DNA of 64,000 nucleotides from Actinomycetota bacterium (GTDB taxonomy: Bacteria > Actinomycetota > Geothermincolia > Geothermincolales > RBG-13-55-18): assembly GCA_014360685.1 (NCBI GenBank), contig JACIXB010000009.1, positions 1,971-65,970 on the forward strand, given 5' to 3'. The notes beneath the pieces were generated by a model. That model had not been told where the DNA came from and ran no database searches. It was given only the letters and a program-made list of their open reading frames with translations. Of the stretch, positions 50,301-60,319 are shown one piece after another. Every line of letters begins with the position of its first letter. The first letter of the stretch is position 1. The translations under genes were made by a program, and so were the position numbers.

Positions 50301-52858
50301 ACATACTCCTGAGCGCTGGATTCGACGCCGAAACGATCGAGCCGGCAAGGATCATCAATAAGAATGCACGAACGTATAGGTTGCGGACGGCAAACGTTCC
50401 GGTCTCCCCGGTTCATCAGTTCGGTTCCAACGCCGACAGGTCCTATCAACTTCTCTGCCTGTGGGAGAGGCCTGCCGAAAAGGATATCCTCAGTTATGTG
50501 AAGGAATATTGCAGGGAAAGACCCACGATCGTGTTCTTCTTCGGCAGGTTGAGCCAGTTTTCCAGGCAAGAACTGTCCAGAATGACATGGGAAGAGACAA
50601 CCCCACCTTTTATCGTGGTCGATGACCTGGTTATTCTTTACCTTTGCACTGTCAGGGGGGATAAGCGCGCAGCATTGTTCAGAAGCACGCTTCCCCTTAT
50701 AGGCGTCAATCCTTTTGTCCCGGAGGCAAGGGCTAATGTTCCGCCGGAGATATTTTTCGGAAGGGAAAAGGAAAAGGCTTCCATCATCGACCCCCGGGGA
50801 TCGAGTTTCATATACGGGGGAAGGCAGTTCGGGAAATCCGCGCTTATGAAAAACGTCGTCCGGGATTTCCACGATCCGGAAAGTGGAAGAATCGCGATCT
50901 ATATCGATCTAAAGAGCAGGGGAATAGGACATGACCGTAGCATAAACGAGATATGGGACGTACTGTTCGATGCCTTGAGAAGCAACGACGTAATCCCACG
51001 GGCAGCGACCAAGATCAGCAACAGGGATAAAATCTACGAATATGTCAAAAGATGGCTTTCCGAGGACAGGGAGAGAAGGATACTGTTGATGCTCGATGAA
51101 GCTGACGAGTTCTTGCGCCAGGACGCGAAAGGAGTGCAAGGCCAAAAGGGCAGCGAGTTCGTCATAGTCAGTGCACTGAAAGGGTGGCAGGATGAGTTCG
51201 AGGGCCGCGTAAAGATAGTATTTGCGGGCTTGCACAGCGTTCAAAGGTTCTGGAGAATCCCGAACCAGCCGCTGGCCCACCTGGGATTCCCGATCTCCAT
51301 CGGTCCTTTGAATCCAGGGGACGCTGCCAAGCTTATCAACAGGCCGTTTAAATACGCGGGATTTGAGTTCGAGGATCAGAACGCCGTCAGAAGGATCCTT
51401 TCACACACCAACTATCAACCCCTCCTCATACAGATATACTGCGACAGGCTCTTCAGGCACATGATGAAGAAGAGGAGATCGGACGAAAAGAGCGACCTCC
51501 CTCCTTACGTGATAACCAGCGCGGATGTCGATGCGGTTTACAATGAGCAGGATTTGCGCAGGTTGATAAAAGAGCGGTTTGAGCTGACGCTGCAGTTGGA
51601 TCCGTGGTTTGAGTTGTTGTCGTATATTTTCGCGTATAAGCACGTTACCGGTGAACTTGACCATCGTGGTCTTTCCGATGCGGACGTGGAAATGGAGGCG
51701 CGCTATTGGTGGGAAGAGGGGATGAAGGGCGCCGACCCGGATTGGGTTACCGGTCTGCTGGACGAAATGATAGGGTTGGGGTTGCTGGTGCGGGATGAGG
51801 CCAAACGGTATCGGTTGAGAAGCCCCAACGTGGTCCGGCTTCTCGGGAGCCATGAGGATATAGAAAGGGTCCTGCTTTCATTCGCGGACCGCCATCCGGA
51901 TTTCGATAGAGGACCCGCGATCAACAGAAGGAGATTGTACGACGATCCGAGCAGAAGAAGCCCGTTGACCCTTTCGCAAGAAGCAAACATCCTTGAGGAC
52001 CGCAACAGTGTGCTCGTTATCGCGGGTTGCGTCGCCAGCGGGATCGACAGGCTTTTCGATGCTCTCAACGAGGTTTCCTTCACTGGGAACAAGTCAAGGA
52101 TAGTCCGGCAGCTTAGCGAGGTCCCGGCCGGAGAAAGGGAGTTTACGAACAGTTTGGATCTTAAAAACAGAAACGCGCGGCCTGGTCTCAGCATATATTT
52201 GATCCCGGGTAGCTATTTGAAAGGGAATCTTGTTGAAGCGGCACTGGATTTTTCGCAAAAGAGGTACGCCAACAAGTTCTTCAAGGTAGCTTTCTTTTCG
52301 GATGACCGGGATTTTATTCGTTGGGTCAGGGATGCGGGAGTAAGGGAGATTGAAAGATTGAAGGAGAAAGGCCTTGAAAACGTTTTTCTCCGTCCTTGGA
52401 ATAAAGATATGCTCAGGAACTGGTGTTGGGACCTGGAGCTCAACCTGAATCAGAGCAACATCGAGCAATTGATGGACCTCACCGGAGGTTTCCCGGTGTT
52501 TGTCGAAAGATTTTATGAAGCGCTTTCGGATAGGGAGGGCGCAGTCGATGATGCGTTCGCGGTCATCAAGAGCGAGATGTACGGCTCGAACACGGCCATC
52601 GCTGCTTTGAAATCGGCATGCGGCTTTTCAAGCCTCTGGCCAAACGCGTTAGGTTGCCTGAACTTACTGGCGGAATATCAAAGCCCTGTGACCGAAGAAG
52701 AGTTCCGTGAACTGTGCGCTGAGGAATTCGCCGATTTTAAAGAGATATTTTACTGCCTGGATAGCTTGTCCTTGATCGTCAAAGACGATGAAGGACTGTT
52801 CCTTCCGAATCCCGTGGTGCGCCACATCCTGGCCCTGGAAGCCCGTGGAATCTCGTGA
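47399..52858 (+). CDS. Very large STAND/AAA-like ATPase (1819 aa)
   Basis: NPF...FFGR..E pre-motif; YGGRQFGKS Walker A; LLMLDEAD Walker B; long helical N-terminus; lower GC than flanks. Confidence 0.8.
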   Translation: MEINPSTLSARLIALENLIDKAKESLQNLHEKLGANIDEACRLFKEFTSLMKKVEEDYFSLCRVVREKAQELDIKSPHSFESSLPLPLLKELISAIERKMEKIKGASGAKSNILQVLEKATHINSLQPDEEIEDALENVRKLCGEVRDAVEKLLPDGIGELKKIEESVRNKEHPVSALVWFVDENRPADTDIEEKLFDIVKNEFGFKLAAAAIKGQLKSETPVRDTAQVMEDPEIVEAKEEETQAPQAEEAQAEPKVEAVPGCQESEEARPGNDGGAAQKVLVLEEEETAKRTPVIAEELKREEKPETQRIEIKVSPEKPIEEIAKEILESEDGRAERLLHAVLKTISEGRFALSYWLAKVAEEEGLEIAFPSWIPEVLEILPVFGGYSAEITEFLRDRYKHYNPGILDDEDNEKKQAMSILLFSTAIKPALVAPHIGASGMLRSLRNLPDSMYDLSLAVADCSDRGIVFHPDVISSVVDELQTQMRLKDIAERASGWLKEARDRKNIFQKAGSLWRYWFTPGKLLHGLLTPVAENDGRKAKEVQALIQSIEDEKSFQRIIENTLKEIRKTGKPIRIEAKALRQIKMHANEAVDIASEWLNLLRMEDSGKDQERVGTVRREWQKIKVLLDRALEDIRALDDSRSAWMAAAKKACVLMLEDLVDYLENGSYRPATGLLPLPFLRLPLLRMKGWPEGLPKPLDEDWVPPLSLLLKCLSEPLYGPEEAAARLMERGRFDLLAELVKVHEKVRLGSIVEPRSIQESKRAFRIRLSEEVSRVRQVVEEAVLVDAIDDVARSAFMQVLESLASEGVEDYESAFVRLREIEKKVEESKQRLKGDLEKRLEAIDNKDEEKTRIRNALDQSDFAVASELIEMLEKGETIEEASKLEREDYFEFFKNISKLEAILVDNEGSSHAAQRIADILRSKRQIGSIDLARLTSGNIRDAERLLNSWFFLKKGPGGETIAVLRDILLSAGFDAETIEPARIINKNARTYRLRTANVPVSPVHQFGSNADRSYQLLCLWERPAEKDILSYVKEYCRERPTIVFFFGRLSQFSRQELSRMTWEETTPPFIVVDDLVILYLCTVRGDKRAALFRSTLPLIGVNPFVPEARANVPPEIFFGREKEKASIIDPRGSSFIYGGRQFGKSALMKNVVRDFHDPESGRIAIYIDLKSRGIGHDRSINEIWDVLFDALRSNDVIPRAATKISNRDKIYEYVKRWLSEDRERRILLMLDEADEFLRQDAKGVQGQKGSEFVIVSALKGWQDEFEGRVKIVFAGLHSVQRFWRIPNQPLAHLGFPISIGPLNPGDAAKLINRPFKYAGFEFEDQNAVRRILSHTNYQPLLIQIYCDRLFRHMMKKRRSDEKSDLPPYVITSADVDAVYNEQDLRRLIKERFELTLQLDPWFELLSYIFAYKHVTGELDHRGLSDADVEMEARYWWEEGMKGADPDWVTGLLDEMIGLGLLVRDEAKRYRLRSPNVVRLLGSHEDIERVLLSFADRHPDFDRGPAINRRRLYDDPSRRSPLTLSQEANILEDRNSVLVIAGCVASGIDRLFDALNEVSFTGNKSRIVRQLSEVPAGEREFTNSLDLKNRNARPGLSIYLIPGSYLKGNLVEAALDFSQKRYANKFFKVAFFSDDRDFIRWVRDAGVREIERLKEKGLENVFLRPWNKDMLRNWCWDLELNLNQSNIEQLMDLTGGFPVFVERFYEALSDREGAVDDAFAVIKSEMYGSNTAIAALKSACGFSSLWPNALGCLNLLAEYQSPVTEEEFRELCAEEFADFKEIFYCLDSLSLIVKDDEGLFLPNPVVRHILALEARGIS

Positions 52859-53149
52859 ATGGCATTATGGCCTTCCGGAGATGCCCGATATCCATGTGCC
52901 GGCATGTTGAAATATCGGGCAAGGAACATTGGCGTAAAAAGCTAATGGGCGAAATGCGGCCAAGGGGGGACAGCCCCCAGTGAAAAGGAATGCCTCTTTG
53001 GCCCTTTTTATCGGGGGAAGGGGACGAGAAGCCGCAGGAAAAGGCTGCAATTCGGGCGGAATGCCGCAAGGGAACATGGACGAGAAGGCCCCGCCGGGGT
53101 ATCCCTGGCGGGGCCCCGTGGTTATAACCAAGGCCCTGACCCGTGCCCG

Positions 53150-54799
53150 TCAGCCCTCCGCGTACTTTTCCTGCACCAGCCGCCGGAGGATCTTGCCCGC
53201 GCCGCTCTTGGGGAGGGAGTCCACGAAGACCACCCTCCGCGGATACTTGTAGGCGGACATCTTCTCCCGGCACCAATCTATGAACTCCTCCTCGGTGACC
53301 TTCCCCTTGTACTCGGGCTTCAGCACCACCACCGCCACTGGCTCCTCGCCGCGGTAAGGGTGCCTGCCGCCGATGGTGGTGGCCTCGGCCACCGCGGGAT
53401 GCCTATACAGGAAGTTGTCGATCTCCGCCAGGAACACCGTGTAACCGGAGACCTTGATCATCTCCTTCCGCCGCCCCACTATGGAGACCACGCCCTCCTC
53501 GCTGACCTTGGCGATGTCTCCCGTCCTCAACCACCCATCCCCGGAAAGCACCTGGGCCGTCTGTTCTGGGGCCTGCCAGTACCCCTTCATGACGTAGGGT
53601 CCCTTGACCCACAGCTCCCCTTCCTCCTCGAAGCCGAGCTCGCGCTCCTCGTCCTCGGGATCGGTCACCTTGATGTCCAGCCAGTAGAGCGGACAGCCCA
53701 CCGTGCCCGGCCTGTGTATGGAATGCGTGTTGCCGATTATGCCCCCCGTGGCCTCGCTCAGCCCGTATCCCTCGTAGATCTTGGTCCCCGTGACCTCCTC
53801 CCACTTGGCGTGGATGTCCAGGGGCACCGGCGCCCCTCCGGATATGACGTAGCGGAGGGAGCTGAAATCGTATTCCGACACGTTGGGCAGGAAAATCACG
53901 GCCATGTTGATGGGAGCGATGGTCACCCACACGGTGGCCTTGTACCTCATGATGGACTCAAGGGTGGCCGCGAGGTCGAACCGCGTGAAGAGGACGATCT
54001 TGCCCCCCGCGGCCAGGGCCGGGTTCATGCATATGTCCAGGCCGGTGATGTGGAAGAGGGGGAGCACGATGATGTGCACGTCCTCGGAGGAATAACGGTA
54101 GATGTGCCGGATGGCAGCCCCGTGCCAAGCCAGGTTGGCGTGGGTGAGCATGGCGCCCTTGGGATACCCCGTGGTCCCCGCCGTGTACTGGAGCATGGCC
54201 AGGTCCTCCAGGCTCACCTCCACTTCCCTCGGTCCCGCCTTGCCATTCTTTACCAGTTCCAAAAAGTCGCGGCTTTGGGGCGGCGGGTTTTTCTCCGTGC
54301 TCATAGTGGGGTGCAGGGGGATGGAGGGCTCCTCGGGCAGGTAGTCCAGGAAGGCGGTGGAGACGAGCTCCCGCACCGGCGAATCACCCCTTACCTTCTC
54401 GAAGGTGGGGTAAAGCGATTCCTCGATGAACAGCACCTTGATCCCCGCGTCCTGCAGCTCGTAGCGCAGCTCGTCCTCCTTGAACATGGGGCTGCAGGCG
54501 ACCGCCACCCCGCCCGCCTTGAGTATCCCGTAATAGGCCATCACGAACTGCGGGCAGTTCTCCATGTAGAGGCCCACGCGGTCGCCTTTCTCCACCCCCA
54601 TCTCCGCCAGGGAGGCGGCCAGGGCGTCCGAGGCCTCGTCCAGCTCCCGGTAGGTTATCTCCCTTCCGTAGTAGATGATGGCCACCCTGTCCGGCGCCCT
54701 CTCCGCCCAGTATCCCAGGTTATGGAAAATGGGCTTCTCGGGTACCGGGGGGAGGAACGGCTCCTGCTTAGGCCACTTGTCTTCCCATACTCTTTCCAT
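53150..54799 (-). CDS. Long-chain acyl-CoA synthetase
   Basis: QYTAGTTGYPKG, EGYGLSE, WLRTGD and LPKSGAGKI motifs. Confidence 0.92.
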   Translation of the reverse strand: MERVWEDKWPKQEPFLPPVPEKPIFHNLGYWAERAPDRVAIIYYGREITYRELDEASDALAASLAEMGVEKGDRVGLYMENCPQFVMAYYGILKAGGVAVACSPMFKEDELRYELQDAGIKVLFIEESLYPTFEKVRGDSPVRELVSTAFLDYLPEEPSIPLHPTMSTEKNPPPQSRDFLELVKNGKAGPREVEVSLEDLAMLQYTAGTTGYPKGAMLTHANLAWHGAAIRHIYRYSSEDVHIIVLPLFHITGLDICMNPALAAGGKIVLFTRFDLAATLESIMRYKATVWVTIAPINMAVIFLPNVSEYDFSSLRYVISGGAPVPLDIHAKWEEVTGTKIYEGYGLSEATGGIIGNTHSIHRPGTVGCPLYWLDIKVTDPEDEERELGFEEEGELWVKGPYVMKGYWQAPEQTAQVLSGDGWLRTGDIAKVSEEGVVSIVGRRKEMIKVSGYTVFLAEIDNFLYRHPAVAEATTIGGRHPYRGEEPVAVVVLKPEYKGKVTEEEFIDWCREKMSAYKYPRRVVFVDSLPKSGAGKILRRLVQEKYAEG

Positions 54800-54834
54800 C
54801 GCTTCCCCCTTCACTCACTCCAAGAGGCTTTCCT

Positions 54835-55812
54835 TTACCCACGCGCCTCTCCGGTCGAAGCCGGCTGCCCCGCGCCCTCCCGCGCCCGGTCCAGGCCCGG
54901 CAAGCGCGCCACGACGCGGTAGTACTCCTCCACGATCTCCTCCACGATATTCTTGGCCCCCTTTATCTCCCGGGTCTGCGCCACGCTTTGACCGGCGCTC
55001 CACAGGTCCTTCCACGCCGGCGAATCCGCAGCCAGCGGGCGCTCCACGCCCTGGATGGAGGAGGCTATCCAATTGGCGGGATTACCCGTGACGCGGTCGG
55101 TGCACACGATGTCCTCGGGTGACGCCTCCAGCACCGCCCGCTTGTAGGCGGGGGAGGCCACCGCCTCGGTTGAGGCTATAAGGCGGGTGCCCACCACCGC
55201 CCCGCACGCTCCCAGCGCCAGGGCCGCCGCCAGCTGGGAGCCGGTGGCCACCCCGCCCGCGGCGATCACCGGCAGGCCCGTCTCCCTGGCCAGGTAGGGC
55301 ACCAGGACCATGGTGCTGATATGCCCCCCGTGGCCCCCCGCGCCCGAGCCCACCGCTATCAGGCCGTCCACCCCGGCCTGGGCCGCCGTCCTCGCCTGGC
55401 GGAGGTTGATGACGCAGGCCAGGACGGTGCCGCCCTTGGCGTGCACCTCCTCCACCACCCGGGCGGGGTTGCCCAGCGAGGTGATGATGATCTTTACCTC
55501 TTGGCGCAGGCAGGCCCGCAGGGATTCCCGCCAGGGAAATTTTTCCGAGAGGTGCAGGTTGGCGCCCACCGGCCTTCGCGTGAGCCGTCGGACGCGTTCC
55601 AGCGCCTCGTCCAAGGATTCCTGGGTGGGATAGTTGGTGGTGGCCAGGCAACCCAGGCCACCCGCCTCGGACACCGCGGCGGCCAACTCCTCGTAGGTGA
55701 TCTTGAACATGGGGGCCCCGATGACCGGGTAGTCCACGCCCGCCCTCTCCGTCAGCCAGGTGGGTATGGGAGGGAGGCCGCCCCCCGGTCCGGCGAGGTT
55801 CTGGCCCCCCAA
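54835..55812 (-). CDS. Nitronate monooxygenase/FabK-family flavoprotein
   Basis: PVIGAPM, AVSEAGGLG, AGGHGG, PVIAAGG and GTR motifs. Confidence 0.85.
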   Translation of the reverse strand: MGGQNLAGPGGGLPPIPTWLTERAGVDYPVIGAPMFKITYEELAAAVSEAGGLGCLATTNYPTQESLDEALERVRRLTRRPVGANLHLSEKFPWRESLRACLRQEVKIIITSLGNPARVVEEVHAKGGTVLACVINLRQARTAAQAGVDGLIAVGSGAGGHGGHISTMVLVPYLARETGLPVIAAGGVATGSQLAAALALGACGAVVGTRLIASTEAVASPAYKRAVLEASPEDIVCTDRVTGNPANWIASSIQGVERPLAADSPAWKDLWSAGQSVAQTREIKGAKNIVEEIVEEYYRVVARLPGLDRAREGAGQPASTGEARG

Positions 55813-55814
55813 GT

Positions 55815-57530
55815 TCAGCCCTCCTCGGCCTGCCCGCGGATCATCTCCCGGATCTTGGACTTGATGACCTTGTTGAGCGGGTTGCGGGGCAAACTCTCCA
55901 CGACGATCAGCTTCTCCGGGTACTTGTACTTGGCGATGTCCTTTTCCGCCAGGAAGGCGTTGATCTCCTCCAGGGTGACCTCCTCACCCTGGACGGGCAC
56001 CACCACGACGCACACCCGCTCCCCCAGGCGCTCGTCGGGGTACCCCACCGCCGCCACCTCGGCCACCTTGGGATGCTCCACCACCAGCGTCTCGATCTCC
56101 TCGGGGCTTATGTTCACCCCTCCCCGGATTATCAGGTCCTTGTACCGGCCGTGGAAACGGTAGCGGTCCATGTTCTCTCCCTCGATGGAGAAGAGGTCAC
56201 CCGAGCGGTAGTAGCCGTCCTTGTCGAAGGCCTTCTCGGTGAGCTCCGGCTGCCGGTAATAACCGGAGAAGACGGTGGGGCCGGCGAAGCGCAGCTCCCC
56301 CACCACCCCCTTCTCCTCGATGACCTTCTCCGTCTCCGGGTCGACCAGCCTGGTGCGGAAACCCTGCACGGCCTTTGCCTTCCAGGAGATGCCCTCCACG
56401 CCGAAACGGGGGAAGTACTTCGCCCTCTCGTAGGGGTCCGGGATGTCCTTGGGGCTGCTGTACAGGGCCACGCCCTCGTTGGAGGCGAAGAAATTCACGA
56501 TCCCTATCCCGAATTCGTTCTGGAACTTGGCCACCATCCACTCCGAGAGCGGTGCGGAGCCCGAGCCGATGACCTTCAGGTCGCCCTTGTCCATCTCCGC
56601 CCACTGGGGAGATTTGGCCAGGGCGTCCAGGAGGGCGGGAGGGGCCAGCGTGTAATAGACCCGCTCTTTCACCAGCTGCTGCAGGAAGACCATCAGGTCA
56701 AACGGGTGGTGCAGGACCATCTTGCCCCCGGTTATCACCCAGGGGACGAGCACCGCTCCCAGGCCGGCCATGTTGATGGCCGGGAACAGGGAGAGGTAAA
56801 CGCACTCCTCGTCGGGGAGGAAGGACTCCACGGCCGCCCTGGAGATGGCCAGCCAGTGGTTGTGGCTGCGCGGCACCGCCTTGGGATCCGCCTCGGTACC
56901 CGAGGTCCAGCAGATGGTGAAAACCTCGTTGGCGTCGGGACGCCTTTCCTCGAGGCGCTTCCGCTCCTCCCTGGATATGTCCCCACCCTCCAGCAGGTCC
57001 TGGAAACGCAGGGCATCCTCCGCGGCGCCCGCCCCGACCACGATCAACCGCCCCAAACCCGGAAAGTCAGCCTTGAGCTCCCCCGCCATCTCCAGGTGCG
57101 AGAATCCGTGGAACTCGCGCGGGACCACCATCATGGTGGCCTCGGTCAAAGCCAGCGCGTGGCGTATCTCGTGGGTCCTCCACTGCATGGGCAGGGGACT
57201 GGGTACGCCTCCCGCCCTGGCCACGGCGAAGAGGGTTATCACCAGCTCCGCCGTGTTGGGGAGCTGGACGAGGACCACGTCGTCCTTGCCCAGCCCCAAT
57301 TCCATGAGGGAGATGGCCAGGCGGTCGATATCCCTGGTTATCTCCCGATAGGTCATGCGGCGCGGCTCGAGTCCGACGAGATCCGCCTTGTTATAGGGAT
57401 CCACCAGGGCTTCCATTTCCGGCCTTTGCTCCGCCCTGGCGTAGAGCAGGTCAAGGATGTTCTCCCTCCCCCACCATCCCTTGCCCTCGTATTCCTCGAT
57501 CAGTTCCCGCTGCACCAGGATCACGCTCAT
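55815..57530 (-). CDS. AMP-forming acyl-CoA ligase (aryl/cycloalkyl carboxylate type)
   Basis: WTSGTE..PK, YYRSGD, GR.KD.I.RGG.NI and PD.RLGE motifs. Confidence 0.88.
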   Translation of the reverse strand: MSVILVQRELIEEYEGKGWWGRENILDLLYARAEQRPEMEALVDPYNKADLVGLEPRRMTYREITRDIDRLAISLMELGLGKDDVVLVQLPNTAELVITLFAVARAGGVPSPLPMQWRTHEIRHALALTEATMMVVPREFHGFSHLEMAGELKADFPGLGRLIVVGAGAAEDALRFQDLLEGGDISREERKRLEERRPDANEVFTICWTSGTEADPKAVPRSHNHWLAISRAAVESFLPDEECVYLSLFPAINMAGLGAVLVPWVITGGKMVLHHPFDLMVFLQQLVKERVYYTLAPPALLDALAKSPQWAEMDKGDLKVIGSGSAPLSEWMVAKFQNEFGIGIVNFFASNEGVALYSSPKDIPDPYERAKYFPRFGVEGISWKAKAVQGFRTRLVDPETEKVIEEKGVVGELRFAGPTVFSGYYRQPELTEKAFDKDGYYRSGDLFSIEGENMDRYRFHGRYKDLIIRGGVNISPEEIETLVVEHPKVAEVAAVGYPDERLGERVCVVVVPVQGEEVTLEEINAFLAEKDIAKYKYPEKLIVVESLPRNPLNKVIKSKIREMIRGQAEEG

Positions 57531-57551
57531 CACCCCCTAAACCGACTTGCC

Positions 57552-59105
57552 TCAGCGGTGATATTCCGGCAGCACTTCCTCCGTGTACCGGCTGCCGCAC
57601 ATGGCGTCCACGCAGAGGAGCGCGGACAGGACCGCCGCGTCCATGCCGCTGCCCCAGGTCTTTTCCCCGTAGCCGTCACCGGAGAAGAAAAGCCCTTGGA
57701 CGTAGGGGCACACCACGTCCGGCCTCTTTTCGCCCGGGGGCGGCCAGTCCCCGAATCCCTTGTCCGAACAGGTCCAGATCTCCCATTCCCGGCACTGGGA
57801 AAGGCTGGGAAAAACCTCCTCGAAGAGCTGGACGGACGCGTCGATGACCCGGTCCACCTTCTTTCGGTCATGCAGCTCGCCCTCGGTTAAGGCTATGGAG
57901 AAGGCCAGGGTGTGCTTGTCGGGGGGCGCCAGGGTGGGGGTGAAGCTGGAGGGCATTATGGAGATTATGTCCACGTCTCCTATGTAGCCCTCCTCCGATT
58001 TTATGATGGCCGGGGCCAGGAGCCAGCTCTTGGGGTTTATGCCCGCCTCCTCCAGCACGTTGCGGTTCAGCCCCATGTAGCCGGTGAGCATGCCCACGCT
58101 GAAGAACCTCTCCTCCACCTTACGCACGAAATCCTCGGGGAAGAGGCTGCGGGAGATGAAATTCCATATCTTCCTCACCGGGACCGTGCACACCAGCTGC
58201 CGGCAGCGGAAGGTCTCCTCGCCCCCCGGGCCGGCCACCCTGGCGCCCGTGACCTTCCCGTCCTCCACGAGCACCTCCTTCACCTCGTGGCCAGTGAGGA
58301 TCTTTCCCCCGCCCTCCTCCACCGTCTCGGCGATGAGCTCGGCGATGCGGATGAAGCCCGGGCGGGGCACGATGCCCGTGGACCCCTGCACCAGGTTCAT
58401 GCCTATCTTCACCGCCGTGGTCATGAACCTGATGAAGTCCCCCGCGGGGATCATGTCCGGCTCTCCCATGACCATGTGGATGGAGGCGATGGCGGCCAGG
58501 TACTCGTACACCTTGCGGTTGTCGGTCCTGTCCTTCAACCACTTGCCGAAGGAGATGGTGTCCCACTCCTTCAGCTTTTCCTCGCCGGCCAGGGCCATCT
58601 CCCGCAGCAGTTCCTTGGTGATGCGGTTGGATTCCTCGTCCATCCAGCCGTAAGCGCCTCCCCTCTGCACGGGGTAGAGCGCCTTGGAGGCCGGGTCGAT
58701 GACCGCGAAGCCCTGGTTTCCCGGAAGGTCTATCTCCTTCCCGATGTAGGAGAGCAGGTGGGCCACCCGGCCCCTGGTGCCCCAGAAGGTGGCGTGCCCG
58801 CCCGCCTCGAAGGTGTAGCCGTCCAGGAGACCCTTTTTCATGATGGTCTCCAGGTCCGGATTCGAGCGGCCCACCCAGGTGTACACGGCGCGCAGGGCCT
58901 TCCTGAAACCCTCCACGTCCAGCTTCTTTCCCTGCAGGAGGAGGTGGTCCCCCTCCCCCGTAAAGGAGAGAAGGCGCCCGCCGATGAAGTCCTCCTTTTC
59001 CAGGACGGCCACCCTCTTGCCCTCTCCCCTGGCCAGAAGAGAAGCCGCCGTCAGGCCGGCCAGGCCCGCCCCCACCACCAGCACGTCGTACTCATTTGCT
59101 GACAC
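57552..59105 (-). CDS. FAD-dependent oxidoreductase (phytoene desaturase/amine oxidase-like)
   Basis: VVGAGLAGL...LEK...GGR dinucleotide-binding motif; GLFFSGD near the C-terminus. Confidence 0.82.
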   Translation of the reverse strand: MSANEYDVLVVGAGLAGLTAASLLARGEGKRVAVLEKEDFIGGRLLSFTGEGDHLLLQGKKLDVEGFRKALRAVYTWVGRSNPDLETIMKKGLLDGYTFEAGGHATFWGTRGRVAHLLSYIGKEIDLPGNQGFAVIDPASKALYPVQRGGAYGWMDEESNRITKELLREMALAGEEKLKEWDTISFGKWLKDRTDNRKVYEYLAAIASIHMVMGEPDMIPAGDFIRFMTTAVKIGMNLVQGSTGIVPRPGFIRIAELIAETVEEGGGKILTGHEVKEVLVEDGKVTGARVAGPGGEETFRCRQLVCTVPVRKIWNFISRSLFPEDFVRKVEERFFSVGMLTGYMGLNRNVLEEAGINPKSWLLAPAIIKSEEGYIGDVDIISIMPSSFTPTLAPPDKHTLAFSIALTEGELHDRKKVDRVIDASVQLFEEVFPSLSQCREWEIWTCSDKGFGDWPPPGEKRPDVVCPYVQGLFFSGDGYGEKTWGSGMDAAVLSALLCVDAMCGSRYTEEVLPEYHR

Positions 59106-59155
59106 TTCAGACCCTTCCTCCCTTGCTCGAGCTCTTCAAGGCCGCCATCTATCTT

Positions 59156-60319
59156 TCAACGCCGCGATTTGTATATGAGGCTCGCTATCTGGTTCTTGAG
59201 GATCTGGCTGGTCCCTCCCCCTATGGTCAGCACCAGGGAATCCCTCACGTAACGCTGCACGTCGCATTCCATGGTGTAGCCCAGCCCCCCGTATATCTGC
59301 AGGGCGTCCAGGGCGCATTTCTTGGCCGTCTCGGTGGCGAAGTACTTGGCCATGCAGGCCTCCAGCCCCGCCGGAAGGCCCTCCTCGATGAGGGAGCAGC
59401 ACTCGCGCACCATAAGGCGGGAGGCCTGGATGTTGGTGGCCATGTCCGCCAGCATGTGCGCCACGGCCTGGAACTTCACGATGGGCCTGCCGAACTGCGT
59501 TCTCTGCGCCGCGTACTCCTTGGCCAGGTCGAAGGCGCCCTGGGCCAGCCCCGTCCCGCAGGCGGCGATCTCCAGGTGCTCCACGTCCAGGGTCTTGAGC
59601 AGCTGTTCCCAGCCGCGGTCCCGGCACCCCGGGCCGCCCAGGATGTTGTCCTCCGGGACCGGCACCCGGTCCAGGACGACCTCGCACAGGGTCGAGCCCT
59701 TGTAGCCGAGCTTTTCGATGGGGTTGAAGGACAACCCCTCGCTTCCGCGCGGGACGAGGAAAAAGGTCAGGCCGTGCCGGGGATCATCGCCCCTCTCCGT
59801 CCTGGCCAGGACGATGATCCAGTCGGCGTGGTCCGGCAGGGAGATGAAGGTCTTGGTGCCCTCGAGGATGTAAGCGGAGCCCTCCTTGGTGGCCCTGGTC
59901 CGGATGGACAGGGTGTCCGATCCCGCCTCCGGTTCGGTGAGGGCGTAGGCGAAGAAGAGGTCCCCGGAGGCCAGCCCGGGCAGGAAGGCGCGCTTTTGCT
60001 CCTCGGAGCCCAGCTTGTAGATGTTCTCTCCCCCGTAGAAGGCGGTGCCTATGTATATCCAGGCCAGCGCGGGCCACACCCGCGAGAGTTCCTCCACCAC
60101 CATCACCGCCTCGGTGACGCAACGGCCCGCCCCCCCGAATTCCTCGGGGACGGTGAGGCCGAAAACGCCGAGCGGCTTCATCTTTTCCCGCAGTTCCATG
60201 GGAGGCCGGTCTTCCTTGTCGTACTCCCTGATCATGCCGGCGGGGACCTCGCGATCCAGGAACTCCCGCAGGCTGCCCAAAAGCATCTCCTGCTCGTCGG
60301 TGAGTCGAAGCGGGGACAT
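59156..60319 (-). CDS. Acyl-CoA dehydrogenase
   Basis: ALTEPEAGSD, GTKTFIS, R.QFGRPI..FQ, QIYGG.GY and IGGGT motifs; start ATG 60319 after GGAGGT. Confidence 0.93.
   Translation of the reverse strand: MSPLRLTDEQEMLLGSLREFLDREVPAGMIREYDKEDRPPMELREKMKPLGVFGLTVPEEFGGAGRCVTEAVMVVEELSRVWPALAWIYIGTAFYGGENIYKLGSEEQKRAFLPGLASGDLFFAYALTEPEAGSDTLSIRTRATKEGSAYILEGTKTFISLPDHADWIIVLARTERGDDPRHGLTFFLVPRGSEGLSFNPIEKLGYKGSTLCEVVLDRVPVPEDNILGGPGCRDRGWEQLLKTLDVEHLEIAACGTGLAQGAFDLAKEYAAQRTQFGRPIVKFQAVAHMLADMATNIQASRLMVRECCSLIEEGLPAGLEACMAKYFATETAKKCALDALQIYGGLGYTMECDVQRYVRDSLVLTIGGGTSQILKNQIASLIYKSRR

Noticed and set aside
53087-53115. GC-rich hairpin between the island and the CoA ligase as a mobile-element end
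   Set aside because: No matching copy at the left border; more simply a terminator-like hairpin between convergent genes.
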